This document shows positions 1 to 9,534 of a DNA stretch of 64,000 bases, in pieces. The stretch is taken from the NCBI GenBank assembly GCA_965249485.1, contig OZ252239.1, forward strand, positions 704,001-768,000, in the 5' to 3' direction. Under the pieces are notes generated by a model. That model was not told the DNA's origin and did no database searches. It worked only from the letters and a program-made list of their open reading frames with translations. The DNA is from a bacterium. Lineage in GTDB: Bacteria; SM23-31. The position numbers and the translations under genes were made by a program. The first letter of the stretch is position 1, and each line of letters begins with the position of its first letter.

Positions 1-804
1 GGATTGGAGCGCATTCTGGTCAAAAAACTTGGAACAGGCGCAGACAGCGTCAGTACGGCCTTTATATTTATAGGACTATCTCCGTTTTATCTCGCCTATT
101 TTGCAATTCCGCATCTTGCTTATTATCCGCAGTTGTGGCTCATTTTTATCAGCGGAATCGTGTATGCACTGGCATTTATTCTCTATTCAAAATCGCTCTC
201 AACTGGAGATGCATCGCTTGTCAGTCCGCTTTACAACTTCAATGTATTATTTCTACTGATAATTTCTAATATCTTTCTCGATGAGCCGATAACACTCCTC
301 AAAATAGCTGGGATTCTTCTCATGGTGTACGGAATATCATATCTCAACAAACAACCCAACATACTTAAATCGCTTCAGGCTGTCATCTACGATGACGCAT
401 GCAGAATGATGATTATTAGTTCATTATTAATTGCCGTAGGGCGAATTATTGACGGTTACTCAGTTCGAACGGTACCGCCGGTCCTCTATGGTTTTGCTGT
501 AGATGTTGCTATGGCAGGGTATCTGTTTCTTTTTCTCGTTCTGCAGAAAAAACTTCCGAATGTCAAGGCGCTTTTTCTGAAAAAACCGGTACTCTCACTT
601 TCTATCGGTGCAGTATCTGCAGGCTCTTATTTTTGTTTGCTCTACGCATTCTCAAAAATGGACGTAAGTATTGTAGAGCCGACATCGATGCTGAGCATGA
701 TCATTACGGTTGTTCTAGCCCGGATATTGTTAAAAGAAATCATCAGTAACCGGATAATCGGTGTTCTCATAATGTTGGCTGGCGCGTTGCTGCTTTTTAT
801 ATAA
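1..804 (+). CDS. EamA/DMT family transporter (5' end probably upstream of window)
   Basis: About 10 hydrophobic segments in two repeats, with DASLVSPL and DVSIVEP EamA-type motifs; frame is open from base 1. Confidence 0.85.
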   Translation, partial: GLERILVKKLGTGADSVSTAFIFIGLSPFYLAYFAIPHLAYYPQLWLIFISGIVYALAFILYSKSLSTGDASLVSPLYNFNVLFLLIISNIFLDEPITLLKIAGILLMVYGISYLNKQPNILKSLQAVIYDDACRMMIISSLLIAVGRIIDGYSVRTVPPVLYGFAVDVAMAGYLFLFLVLQKKLPNVKALFLKKPVLSLSIGAVSAGSYFCLLYAFSKMDVSIVEPTSMLSMIITVVLARILLKEIISNRIIGVLIMLAGALLLFI

Positions 805-901
805 ATGGTCCAAACAGTTATAGAACTTTGTATATTGAGATATTTTTATATTATATTCGAGATACGAACCGCCTTATAACAGGTTTATCTAAGGGATTCA
901 C

Positions 902-1378
902 ATGAAAAATACGTGGATTGGCGAAGTAGATTCACTGCACATCGCAGCGAATAATGGAGTATCCACTTCCTCGGTTAATGAAATCCGGGTCATTCCCGGT
1001 AAGGGCATAGAAGGAGATCGACATTTCATGTCGGACGGGTATGATGATCCCCGCTATAAACCGGAACGCAAGATCACATTTATTGAGATCGAAGCGGTCG
1101 CAGCCTTGCACCGCGACTATAACACACAGATCGATCCAGGTGAATTGCACAGGAATATCGTCACGAAAGGCGTACCGCTCAACTATCTTGTCAATAAAGA
1201 GTTCATGGTGGGAGATGTATCGTATCGTGGTATAGACTTCTGTAAGTCATGCAGTCATCTGGGAGGACCTACCGGTCAGCACGTTTACGAAGGGCTCATC
1301 TATCGTGGTGGTCTGCGAGCGCAGATTCTCAATGAAGGCACGATCCTGCCTAGCGATAGAATCAAGCCAAATAGATAA
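902..1378 (+). CDS. MOSC domain protein
   Basis: GKGIEGDR, RNIVTKGV, CxxCxHL and RGGLRAQI motifs. Confidence 0.85.
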   Translation: MKNTWIGEVDSLHIAANNGVSTSSVNEIRVIPGKGIEGDRHFMSDGYDDPRYKPERKITFIEIEAVAALHRDYNTQIDPGELHRNIVTKGVPLNYLVNKEFMVGDVSYRGIDFCKSCSHLGGPTGQHVYEGLIYRGGLRAQILNEGTILPSDRIKPNR

Positions 1379-1452
1379 TTGTTTTAGTTCTTGGCAGTAT
1401 TATATGCATGCCAAACATGTCATGAGGACGATCACCCAAATCTTCTTCAGTT

Positions 1453-2376
1453 TTAACCAATTGTCAATCGCTGGAATTTAACGATTTTAACGTGCTTAAT
1501 TTTCTCCTGAATTGGGCAGCAAAATAACCATGTAAGTTCGGATAATGCTCCGGTTTTCATACCCTGAACTCTGATACTTTTTACGTAGTTCCCTGCGGTT
1601 TCTCTCAGCTCATCGCTTGACATCGACAAGTCTGAAACGACTGACTCGATGACCGGATCTTTGAGGACTGTCTCCGGCATAGCATATGATTCTTCCAGAA
1701 CTGACACGTCCTCGAATCCGGCTGTGCGGATTGATGCAAGGTAATTATCCTTCAATTCCGCACCTGCTATACAACCGACATATGCTGCGGCAGAAGATTT
1801 TAACCGCTCCGGCAGCTCCTGAAGCAAAACGATATCGGATACCATGAGCCTGCCCCCTGGCTTTAGGACTCTGAATGCTTCACCGAACACCGCTGGTTTA
1901 TCGGGCGACAGGTTGATAACACAATTAGAAATAATCACGTCAACCGAGTTATCAGCAATCGGTAAATGTTCAATTTCTCCCAGTCGGAATTCCACATTTT
2001 GGAAGTTTCCTTTATTGGCATTTTCACGTGCCTTATCGAGCATATCTGACGTCATGTCGACACCGATTACTTTTCCGGATTTGCCGACCTGCTGAGCCGC
2101 AAGAAAACAGTCAAAACCCGCACCTGAGCCGAGATCGAGAACCGTTTCACCTTCCTGAAGTGAAGCTACAGCCGTCGGATTTCCACAGCCAAGCCCCAAA
2201 TTTGCCCCTTCTGGAACAGAACTCATTTCTTCAGATGAATACCCGATGTGTTTCCCAATTTCTACTGCCTGATTATCATCACTGCTGCACGATGATTTTG
2301 GTCCGCAGCAGCTTGAACCTGTTTGCGCAATTTCACCGTAACTTTCACGCACTAATTTTTTTGTATCCTCGGACAT
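1453..2376 (-). CDS. arsM: Arsenite S-adenosylmethionine methyltransferase
   Basis: N-terminal SSCCG, LGLGCGNP, SAM motif LDLGSGAGFD, IISNCVINL and GCIAGA conserved cysteines. Confidence 0.93.
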   Translation of the reverse strand: MSEDTKKLVRESYGEIAQTGSSCCGPKSSCSSDDNQAVEIGKHIGYSSEEMSSVPEGANLGLGCGNPTAVASLQEGETVLDLGSGAGFDCFLAAQQVGKSGKVIGVDMTSDMLDKARENANKGNFQNVEFRLGEIEHLPIADNSVDVIISNCVINLSPDKPAVFGEAFRVLKPGGRLMVSDIVLLQELPERLKSSAAAYVGCIAGAELKDNYLASIRTAGFEDVSVLEESYAMPETVLKDPVIESVVSDLSMSSDELRETAGNYVKSIRVQGMKTGALSELTWLFCCPIQEKIKHVKIVKFQRLTIG

Positions 2377-2380
2377 TACT

Positions 2381-2662
2381 CTAATCTCCTGAATTAAAGT
2401 TAAAATTCATTAAAGGACCGAGTGCAGCTCCTACAGTACCCGAAAGCTCCCGAACGGGAACCATTGAGAAGCAGCAAATTTTATCTTCCTTTTCCCAGCT
2501 AATGAGCGCAATTTTATCCCCCGGATTCAATCCTGCGCGGTTCCGAATATCCTTCGGCAGGCACACCATTCCTCGCTCGTCGAGCGTCAAAACAGACTCG
2601 ATTGAACAGCATGCGCACGATTGTTCCTTATCCTGTGCAGTTGTTTGTTTTTCTTGTGTCAT
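2381..2662 (-). CDS. hgcC: Cys-rich AbrB/MazE/SpoVT-fold protein resembling the HgcAB-associated protein HgcC
   Basis: CACCSIESVLTLDERGMVCLPKDIRNRAGLNPGDKIAL...CC...LGPLM pattern; ATG at 2662 follows an AAGGA SD (ORF track starts at 2677); family recognised from memory. Confidence 0.7.
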   Translation of the reverse strand: MTQEKQTTAQDKEQSCACCSIESVLTLDERGMVCLPKDIRNRAGLNPGDKIALISWEKEDKICCFSMVPVRELSGTVGAALGPLMNFNFNSGD

Positions 2663-2708
2663 TTTTATCCTTTTCACAACGAAAATTCATTATTAGTAAA
2701 AACAAGTA

Positions 2709-2754
2709 TATTTGTAATTACAAATAATATAGCATTATGATATTTACTTGTCAA
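2709..2754 (-). promoter_or_regulatory. sigma70 promoter with overlapping 18-bp palindromic operator candidate for hgcC-arsM
   Basis: Minus strand TTGACA (2754-2749), 17 nt, then TATATT (2731-2726) with an extended -10 TG; palindrome TATTTGTAATTACAAATA at 2709-2726. Confidence 0.75.
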
Positions 2755-2826
2755 GGTTTATTTAGATAACACAAAAAATGTAGACAATATTCAATTCCAT
2801 GCCGGTTTCTTACTGGGATTCCAGTC

Positions 2827-2902
2827 GAAATTGCATTCCGTTTCGCACTACGGAGTAAACCCTTACCATTATTGCAAGAAGCGAAACAGAATTGCAATCT
2901 CT
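2827..2902. repeat. Imperfect inverted repeat, probably a doublet of degenerate REP-like units
   Basis: ATTGCATTCCGTTTCGC (2830-2846) pairs with GCGAAACAGAATTGCAAT (2881-2898); similar to copies at 17985, 54996 and 63279. Confidence 0.5.
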
Positions 2903-3063
2903 GTGAACATAATCTAAATCAGATTTGAGCAGTGCTGAAATGTAATATAACGAAAAAGGTATTTGGTGATATAAACGAATGAGGTTGCCCGGAAATTCGC
3001 TTGCATAAATGGACAGCAATGGCTATTTTTTAACAGTAATTTTTCTTAAATGGGATAGGAATT

Positions 3064-4203
3064 ATGAACTGGATATATTTTGTTGCCGGACTTGTTATCG
3101 GAATTGCTGCTGCGATAATATGGAAATCACGACAGGAAAAATCGGTCGGTAATTTTACCGATAAAGTTATTGAAGAAGTTAAGGCGAAATTCGGAGACCT
3201 TTCGCTCGATGCACTCCAGAAGTTTATCACTATGGCTGATTCGAAGCTCAAATCCGAACGGGAATTGGGAGTTCAGGAGCTCAATAAGAAAAAGGGATTG
3301 ATTGACCAGCAGCTCAGTACTATGACGAATGAGCTTGAAAAAGTTGCCAAGCTCATGGAAGGGCTGGAAAAAGACAGAGAACAGAAATTTGGGGAGCTGA
3401 CGAATCAGCTTAAAAATACAGGTGAACAAACAGCAAAACTGACCGAAGTAACGGGTAAATTGCGGGAAAGTCTTGCGAGCGAAAAAACCCGCGGACAGTG
3501 GGGGGAGCGGATGGCAGAAGACATCCTCAGGATGGCGGGATTTGTCGAAAATATGAACTATACCAAACAGAAAGCTATCAATGAAGGGCAGTCGAGACCC
3601 GATTTTACCTTCTTTCTGCCGCGTGACCTCAAAGTGAATATGGATGTCAAATTTCCTTACTCGAATTATGTCCGCTACATAGAAACCGATACGGAATCAG
3701 AAACAGATAAAAATGCCTACAAAGACAAGTTTTTAAAAGATGTAAAAAACCGGGTTAAAGAGGTCGCAACGAGTGACTATATCAATCCCGAGCAGAATAC
3801 GGTCGATTATGTGCTGATGTTTATACCAAACGAACAAATTTATACCTTCATTTACGAACAGGACAGCTCTGTTTTCGATAATGCACTCAAAGAGAGGGTT
3901 GTCATTTGTTCGCCGATTACTCTGTTTGCAGTACTTTCAATTATCCGGCAGGCGGTCGACAATTTTGCCTTTGAGCAGCGGTCGAACGAGATTCTTTCAC
4001 TTTTAGGAACATTCAAAATACAGTGGGGAAAATTTATTGATAAAATGGAAATGGTCGGTAAGCGGATTAAAGATGCCCAGAAGGAGTTCGACGACCTGAC
4101 ATCGACACGAAAACGGCAACTTGACCGTCCGCTTGACAAGTTGGACTCAATCAGATCCCAGCGGGAGCTACCATTAGCCCCAAATGATTCTATCGACGAT
4201 TAA
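3064..4203 (+). CDS. rmuC: DNA recombination protein RmuC
   Basis: N-terminal TM, coiled coil, RGQWGE, RPDF, DVKFP, LMFIPNE and SPITL motifs. Confidence 0.93.
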   Translation: MNWIYFVAGLVIGIAAAIIWKSRQEKSVGNFTDKVIEEVKAKFGDLSLDALQKFITMADSKLKSERELGVQELNKKKGLIDQQLSTMTNELEKVAKLMEGLEKDREQKFGELTNQLKNTGEQTAKLTEVTGKLRESLASEKTRGQWGERMAEDILRMAGFVENMNYTKQKAINEGQSRPDFTFFLPRDLKVNMDVKFPYSNYVRYIETDTESETDKNAYKDKFLKDVKNRVKEVATSDYINPEQNTVDYVLMFIPNEQIYTFIYEQDSSVFDNALKERVVICSPITLFAVLSIIRQAVDNFAFEQRSNEILSLLGTFKIQWGKFIDKMEMVGKRIKDAQKEFDDLTSTRKRQLDRPLDKLDSIRSQRELPLAPNDSIDD

Positions 4204-4239
4204 ACGCCATAGCATGATATTGATTCGGAATTGACAATT

Positions 4240-5100
4240 TCACGTCATCGACCGGCCGTCGATAGCAATGCCTGCAGCAATCCGTTCTATTGCCATTACA
4301 AGAAGAGAATAAAGGTCGGAATTTTTACGATAGTCGGTCGAGGCGAAGTGCGACACCCGGTTCTCCTCGGAAAACTTCCACGCACGAACCCACCGTTCCC
4401 GCCGGTTTTTATCGTAGACTGCTAATGGTATCCCCCCGTACTTTTTCACCAGCGAAAAACAAGGAACATCGGTATAACCATCTCCTACAAAAATCATTCG
4501 GGTAAACGGAATTGAGTATGCCTCCGGCTCTAGCTTTTTATTCACCTCAAACGGTTTCCCTGAATAATCATCTCCGGTTATCCCTTTCGATATCTGGAAT
4601 AGATAGCGGGTCTTATCGGTAAAGCCGATGATACTCTTGGGAAAATGAATCTCCTCTTGTTCTCCGTTATAAAGCAGCTTATTACCCCAGGCCGCAGTCA
4701 GGTGTTTGCGGATGCTCGAGGCCTGCACGATTTCATCCAGACCGGAGCTGATCACGAAAAACTCAAGATTGACGCTGATCTGTTTTTCAGCACTGATTTT
4801 CTGAACTTCTTGATTAAGATTCGCAAACAATCCCTGGACCCCCTTGTAGTAGGAAATTGATTTTCCAAATTCAATCAGAGACTGCTTTGTTATTCTTTTA
4901 TCCGGTGGCCGCGATCTGGACAGTTCGATCAGACTATATATATATGCCGTGACCGGATCCCATCCGTCTTCCACGATTGGATCGACTGTTTCGTGCCAAA
5001 ACGTTGGGACATCTACCCCAATGTGCTTCAGATATCCGGTTGTACTGTCCGGCGTCAGCGTATCATCAAAATCAAAGATAACAGCAATAGTGTTATTCAA
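4240..5100 (-). CDS. HAD-like hydrolase
   Basis: FDFDDTL motif I, ISSG motif II, GDGYTD motif IV; TTG start. Confidence 0.85.
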   Translation of the reverse strand: MNNTIAVIFDFDDTLTPDSTTGYLKHIGVDVPTFWHETVDPIVEDGWDPVTAYIYSLIELSRSRPPDKRITKQSLIEFGKSISYYKGVQGLFANLNQEVQKISAEKQISVNLEFFVISSGLDEIVQASSIRKHLTAAWGNKLLYNGEQEEIHFPKSIIGFTDKTRYLFQISKGITGDDYSGKPFEVNKKLEPEAYSIPFTRMIFVGDGYTDVPCFSLVKKYGGIPLAVYDKNRRERWVRAWKFSEENRVSHFASTDYRKNSDLYSLLVMAIERIAAGIAIDGRSMT

Positions 5101-5144
5101 TTATCCGCCAATAGTGTTGTTAACATAAAAACAAATAATTTCTC

Positions 5145-6032
5145 TTATTTAAACAGAGCAATATAATCGTCATAATATTTTTTTACTCCTTCGGCAGGGT
5201 CCATATCATGAAGTTCATATTCGGTTGAAATGTCGCCTTTGTAGCCTGCGTTATCGAGCTGTTCTTCGATCCATGGAAAATCGATTTCGCCTTCACCGAA
5301 ATGCTGCATTTCATACCCGTCGCCAACCGGTTTGCAGTCCTTGACATGGACATGAACAATATGGTCGAACATAGTCAGCAGTGCTTCTTTATAATCGGTT
5401 GCAGTGTCGTGCATCAGATTGCCCGGTTCATAGATAATTCCGAAATAAGGAGACCCGACCTTTTCGGAAATTTCAACACATAATTCTGGTGTACCAGCAA
5501 TACCGCCACTGTGATTTTCAACTCCGAGGTACACACCCTTTTCCGCGGCATGCTCTGCCGATTTTTTAAACCAGGGAACGACAGTATTGATACTTTCCGG
5601 TTTGTCGTCGCCAGGCACAACACGCACCGTCCGTGATCCAAAAAAAGCAGCAAGATTGATAGCCCGTCTCATCTGTCTAAACTCTTCTTCCAGTTCTTCA
5701 GGATCAGTGCTTGAAAAACCGTATCTTGTGAAACGCTCAGGATTCTCTACTTCCCAATTATGAAATCCATATGCAATTCTGCGGCCGTCAAGTCCACCTC
5801 CGACATAAGTAGCGAGTCCTGCAATCAAAAGGTTGTGTTTGTCGGCTGTTTCTTTCAATGCTTCATGGTCGCATTCCTCGGGGAATAGTGTCAGGTGGAC
5901 TTTTTCGTGAACTTCAACTTTTCTGTAACCGGCAGCAGCGATAGCGGCAAAAGCTTCATCAGCAGTGCGGTCGTTGAGCGATATACTGCATGTAGAAAGT
6001 CGTGCAATATCCATAACAAAAACCTCATTCAT
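5145..6032 (-). CDS. Sugar phosphate isomerase/epimerase (xylose isomerase-like TIM barrel)
   Basis: ENH, HVHVKD, GEGEID and TEYE motifs; likely true start ATG 6014 after GAGGT. Confidence 0.85.
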   Translation of the reverse strand: MNEVFVMDIARLSTCSISLNDRTADEAFAAIAAAGYRKVEVHEKVHLTLFPEECDHEALKETADKHNLLIAGLATYVGGGLDGRRIAYGFHNWEVENPERFTRYGFSSTDPEELEEEFRQMRRAINLAAFFGSRTVRVVPGDDKPESINTVVPWFKKSAEHAAEKGVYLGVENHSGGIAGTPELCVEISEKVGSPYFGIIYEPGNLMHDTATDYKEALLTMFDHIVHVHVKDCKPVGDGYEMQHFGEGEIDFPWIEEQLDNAGYKGDISTEYELHDMDPAEGVKKYYDDYIALFK

Positions 6033-6134
6033 GTAACATTATTAATCGGTACAATTAAACGTAAATTTCAACTTCAAATCTATTCTTACTGAGCAATTTT
6101 AATAGCTTTCCTTGTAATCGGGGATGCATTCATG

Positions 6135-7418
6135 TCAATTAATATACCCAAACGCCCGCGGCAGAATTAACGTAATCTCCGGAATATAACTGATGATAAT
6201 CAGCGAGATAAACAATGCGATCAAAAACGGTATGAGCGGCTTAAAAATTGATTCAACCGGAATTTTACTAATACCACACGCAACATAGAGCGTGATACCG
6301 ACCGGGGGTGTTATCATGCCGAGACCAACATTTGTGATAATCAGAATCCCGAGATGGATCGGCTCCATACCAAGCTCAATACCCACCGGCACAAGAATCG
6401 GAAGCAGCACCACATACGCCGGCAGTGCGTCCATGATCATTCCAAGTGCAAGGAACACTACATTCACAAGAATCACAAATATCACCCAGTTGTCAGCATA
6501 CTGCACAATAATCTGCGCAATCGCATGCGGAATACGCTCAAGTGTCAGTACATATGAAAATATTACTGCCATCGACATCACCAACAGCACTACACCGGTC
6601 AGTGAAGCAGTATGAAGGAGCGCTTTCGGGATGTCAGGCAGTTTTAATTCTTTGTAGACAAAGAACGAGAGAATAAAACCATAGATAACAGCAATAGCAG
6701 ATGCTTCAGTCGGTGTGAAAATGCCACCGTAGATGCCACCAAGAATGATTAAAATCATTAGAATCGGAAAAAATCCGTCTAAACACAGCTTGATTTTCTG
6801 CTGAAGTGATATTTTAGGAGCGAGTGGGAGACCAAGTTTTTTAGCGTAAAACCATGTGAGAATAAAAAGTGCTGCCATATTTACCAATGCCGGCAGGATA
6901 CCCGCAGCAAATAGCCCCGCTATTGAAATATTTGCCACCACCCCGACAATGATCAGATCTATCGAGGGAGGCACCGTGGTTGTACCACCGCCTGCTGCTG
7001 CAAACAAACCAGTCGAAAAGGCAGATGGATATTTATTGCGCTCCATTTCCGGAAGCATTACCGACCCTATAGCCGCAGTCTTGGCACTCGACGAGCCGCA
7101 GATAGCGCCGAAAAAAGCGGTGGAAGTTATAGTCACCAATCCCAGGCCTCCCGGTATTCTCCCGACAAATACAAGAGACATATCGACAATCCTGCGCGCA
7201 ATACCACCATACGACATTATCGATCCCGCAAGAATGAACAATGGAATTGCAAGTAAAGGGAAAGAGTCCATTCCAGCGAGAAATTTTTGTGGAAGCAGAC
7301 TCAGGAATCCGGGATTAATATATATTATACCGGCAAAGGCAGCGACGCCAAGCGCCATACCCACCGGAACCGATAGCAGCAGGGTAAGGATTAAGACAAT
7401 AACAACGAGTATACCCAT
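6135..7418 (-). CDS. dctM: TRAP transporter large permease
   Basis: FPLLAIPLFILAG, GIFTPTEA and ITPPVG motifs; 427 aa, not a QM fusion. Confidence 0.93.
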   Translation of the reverse strand: MGILVVIVLILTLLLSVPVGMALGVAAFAGIIYINPGFLSLLPQKFLAGMDSFPLLAIPLFILAGSIMSYGGIARRIVDMSLVFVGRIPGGLGLVTITSTAFFGAICGSSSAKTAAIGSVMLPEMERNKYPSAFSTGLFAAAGGGTTTVPPSIDLIIVGVVANISIAGLFAAGILPALVNMAALFILTWFYAKKLGLPLAPKISLQQKIKLCLDGFFPILMILIILGGIYGGIFTPTEASAIAVIYGFILSFFVYKELKLPDIPKALLHTASLTGVVLLVMSMAVIFSYVLTLERIPHAIAQIIVQYADNWVIFVILVNVVFLALGMIMDALPAYVVLLPILVPVGIELGMEPIHLGILIITNVGLGMITPPVGITLYVACGISKIPVESIFKPLIPFLIALFISLIIISYIPEITLILPRAFGYIN

Positions 7419-7483
7419 TTGAGCATCCTGTAGTAAACTTTATCTCGAATATACTATTGACGCAACAGCGGTATTGATTCTAT

Positions 7484-8449
7484 TCAATATGGAGACCATG
7501 ATGGCCAGGTATCATTATATGTGTTGTTAGTAATTCTTGTCTGGTGTGTTCCGTCTTTCCGCATAATATAGATCTCGTTATTTCCGTCCCGGCCGGTGAC
7601 GAATGCAATATGCTCACCATCGGGTGACCAATCGGCAAATTCGTTATAACCTGAACTGTTTGACAGATTCATATAGCCTGTTCCACCAATAGTAACGACA
7701 CAGATGTCCGCGTGGCCGTCATTATCGGCACTCCCGGCGGCATTTGAGTCAAAAGCGACATGTGTACCGTCCGGTGACCATGCGGGATAACCGTTATACG
7801 CTTCCATATCGGTAATCTGCCGCGATTCCGAACCATCAGTCTTTTGTATCCAAATCTGATTCCGACGAGGCTTGTCTGGATCGGCAAAACCAATATCACT
7901 TTCTGCCGATTCGGTGACGATCCATAATCCGTCCGGTGACCAAGAGGGAGAGAGATTGTCACGATCAAGGCCGGTTAAAACAGTTTCATGTGATCCATCA
8001 GGATCGATGGCATAAATCCTGCTTTTACCATCTCGATTGGAGTGATAAGCAATTTGAGAGCCGTCTGGTGACCACTTTGGTGATTGATCAGAATAGTCAT
8101 TATCTGTCAGCCGCATCAATCCCGTTCCGTTGGCATTAATCACGTAGAGTTCACGGTTCCCATCACGATCTGAAACAAATACAATCTTTGTACCGTCCGG
8201 CGACCAGTCGGGTGCGCCGTCAAACGCAGGATCGGTAGTCAATTGACTCAGTTCCATTCCGTCCGCAGTCATTGTATATACGTTAGAATTACCGTCTTGC
8301 ACCGACTGAAATGCGAGTTTGCCCTGAATAATCGGTGCTTCGCTGTGCGGTTTCTGCACACAACCGGAGATCAGAAACACTCCGAAGCTTATAACGAAAC
8401 TCAAATAAACCATTGGAGCCCTCTTTTCATAAAGAATCATTTTATTCAA
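7484..8449 (-). CDS. TolB-like PD40 beta-propeller lipoprotein
   Basis: Lipobox-like LISGC; about six P-x-WSPDG repeats. Confidence 0.85.
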   Translation of the reverse strand: MNKMILYEKRAPMVYLSFVISFGVFLISGCVQKPHSEAPIIQGKLAFQSVQDGNSNVYTMTADGMELSQLTTDPAFDGAPDWSPDGTKIVFVSDRDGNRELYVINANGTGLMRLTDNDYSDQSPKWSPDGSQIAYHSNRDGKSRIYAIDPDGSHETVLTGLDRDNLSPSWSPDGLWIVTESAESDIGFADPDKPRRNQIWIQKTDGSESRQITDMEAYNGYPAWSPDGTHVAFDSNAAGSADNDGHADICVVTIGGTGYMNLSNSSGYNEFADWSPDGEHIAFVTGRDGNNEIYIMRKDGTHQTRITNNTYNDTWPSWSPY

Positions 8450-9490
8450 TCACCATACTATTTTCGTTTTCATCCAATACGATGTATTATGAAAATCCGT
8501 TACAACACTACCCGGCGGTACCAGTTCATCACACGCTTTCCGTAAATCGTCGGTAAGTGTCATCTCTGCAACGGGAAGTATATCCTCGAGATGCTGCATT
8601 GTACGCGGTCCCATGAGTGGAGCGGTAATTCCTGGTTGGTCTTTCACCCAGAGTACTGATAATTGCGCCGGTGTTATACCCGTTTCTTTTGCAATTTTAG
8701 CAAATTTGATACCTGTTTCAACACCTCTCTTCGTGACACGGTCTTTATAAAATCCACCCCGATATTCTGCCCGAGAGTCTTTCGGAAAGTTGGTCGCATC
8801 GGTGTAACGTCCTGCAAGGACACCCATAGCCATCGGCACATACGTTATAATTCCGACCCCATACCTCTGTGCCATCGGAATTAGCTCGTTCTCGATCCGA
8901 CGGTCGAGCAGGTTGTACGGCGACTGTTCGGTGGCAAAACGCTGGTAGCCGAACTCTTTACTGATCATAATTGATTCCATGACTTGCCACGAAGGGAATG
9001 TCGAACATCCGATATATCTGATTTTGCCTTGCTGAATAAGCGTATCAAGTGCACCCAACGTTTCATCGATCGGAACAACAGGATCGGGACGGTGCATAGA
9101 AACCAAATCAAGATAATCGGTTTGAAAATTGCGCAGAGAATTTTCACATGCACGGATGAGGTTATATCTCGAAAGGCCACACTTGTTAGTCAGCCTTGCG
9201 GGAGTTCCCTCATCAAGTGATGTACCCGGTACGCTCATACCGTGGTCATATTTCGTCGAAATCAGCACGTCGTGGCGACGCCCACTTGCTTTCAGTGCTC
9301 TTCCTAACATTTTTTCCGCTTCACCACCGGCATAAATATCGCCGGTGTCGAGAAAGTTAACACCCACATCTAATGCGCGGTTGAGCATTTCAGTCGACTC
9401 TTTTTCAGGTGTAGGATCGAGAAAGTTATCTGTTCCAAATGCTATACATGAAACTTCCATTCCCGTACGGCCGAGTGATCTGTATTCCAT
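8450..9490 (-). CDS. Aldo/keto reductase
   Basis: YRSLGRTG, DTGDIY, ISTK, HRPD and QSPYNLL motifs. Confidence 0.92.
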   Translation of the reverse strand: MEYRSLGRTGMEVSCIAFGTDNFLDPTPEKESTEMLNRALDVGVNFLDTGDIYAGGEAEKMLGRALKASGRRHDVLISTKYDHGMSVPGTSLDEGTPARLTNKCGLSRYNLIRACENSLRNFQTDYLDLVSMHRPDPVVPIDETLGALDTLIQQGKIRYIGCSTFPSWQVMESIMISKEFGYQRFATEQSPYNLLDRRIENELIPMAQRYGVGIITYVPMAMGVLAGRYTDATNFPKDSRAEYRGGFYKDRVTKRGVETGIKFAKIAKETGITPAQLSVLWVKDQPGITAPLMGPRTMQHLEDILPVAEMTLTDDLRKACDELVPPGSVVTDFHNTSYWMKTKIVW

Positions 9491-9534
9491 AAAAAATCTC
9501 CAATATATTTGAGTTTATTATATTATTAACAATT

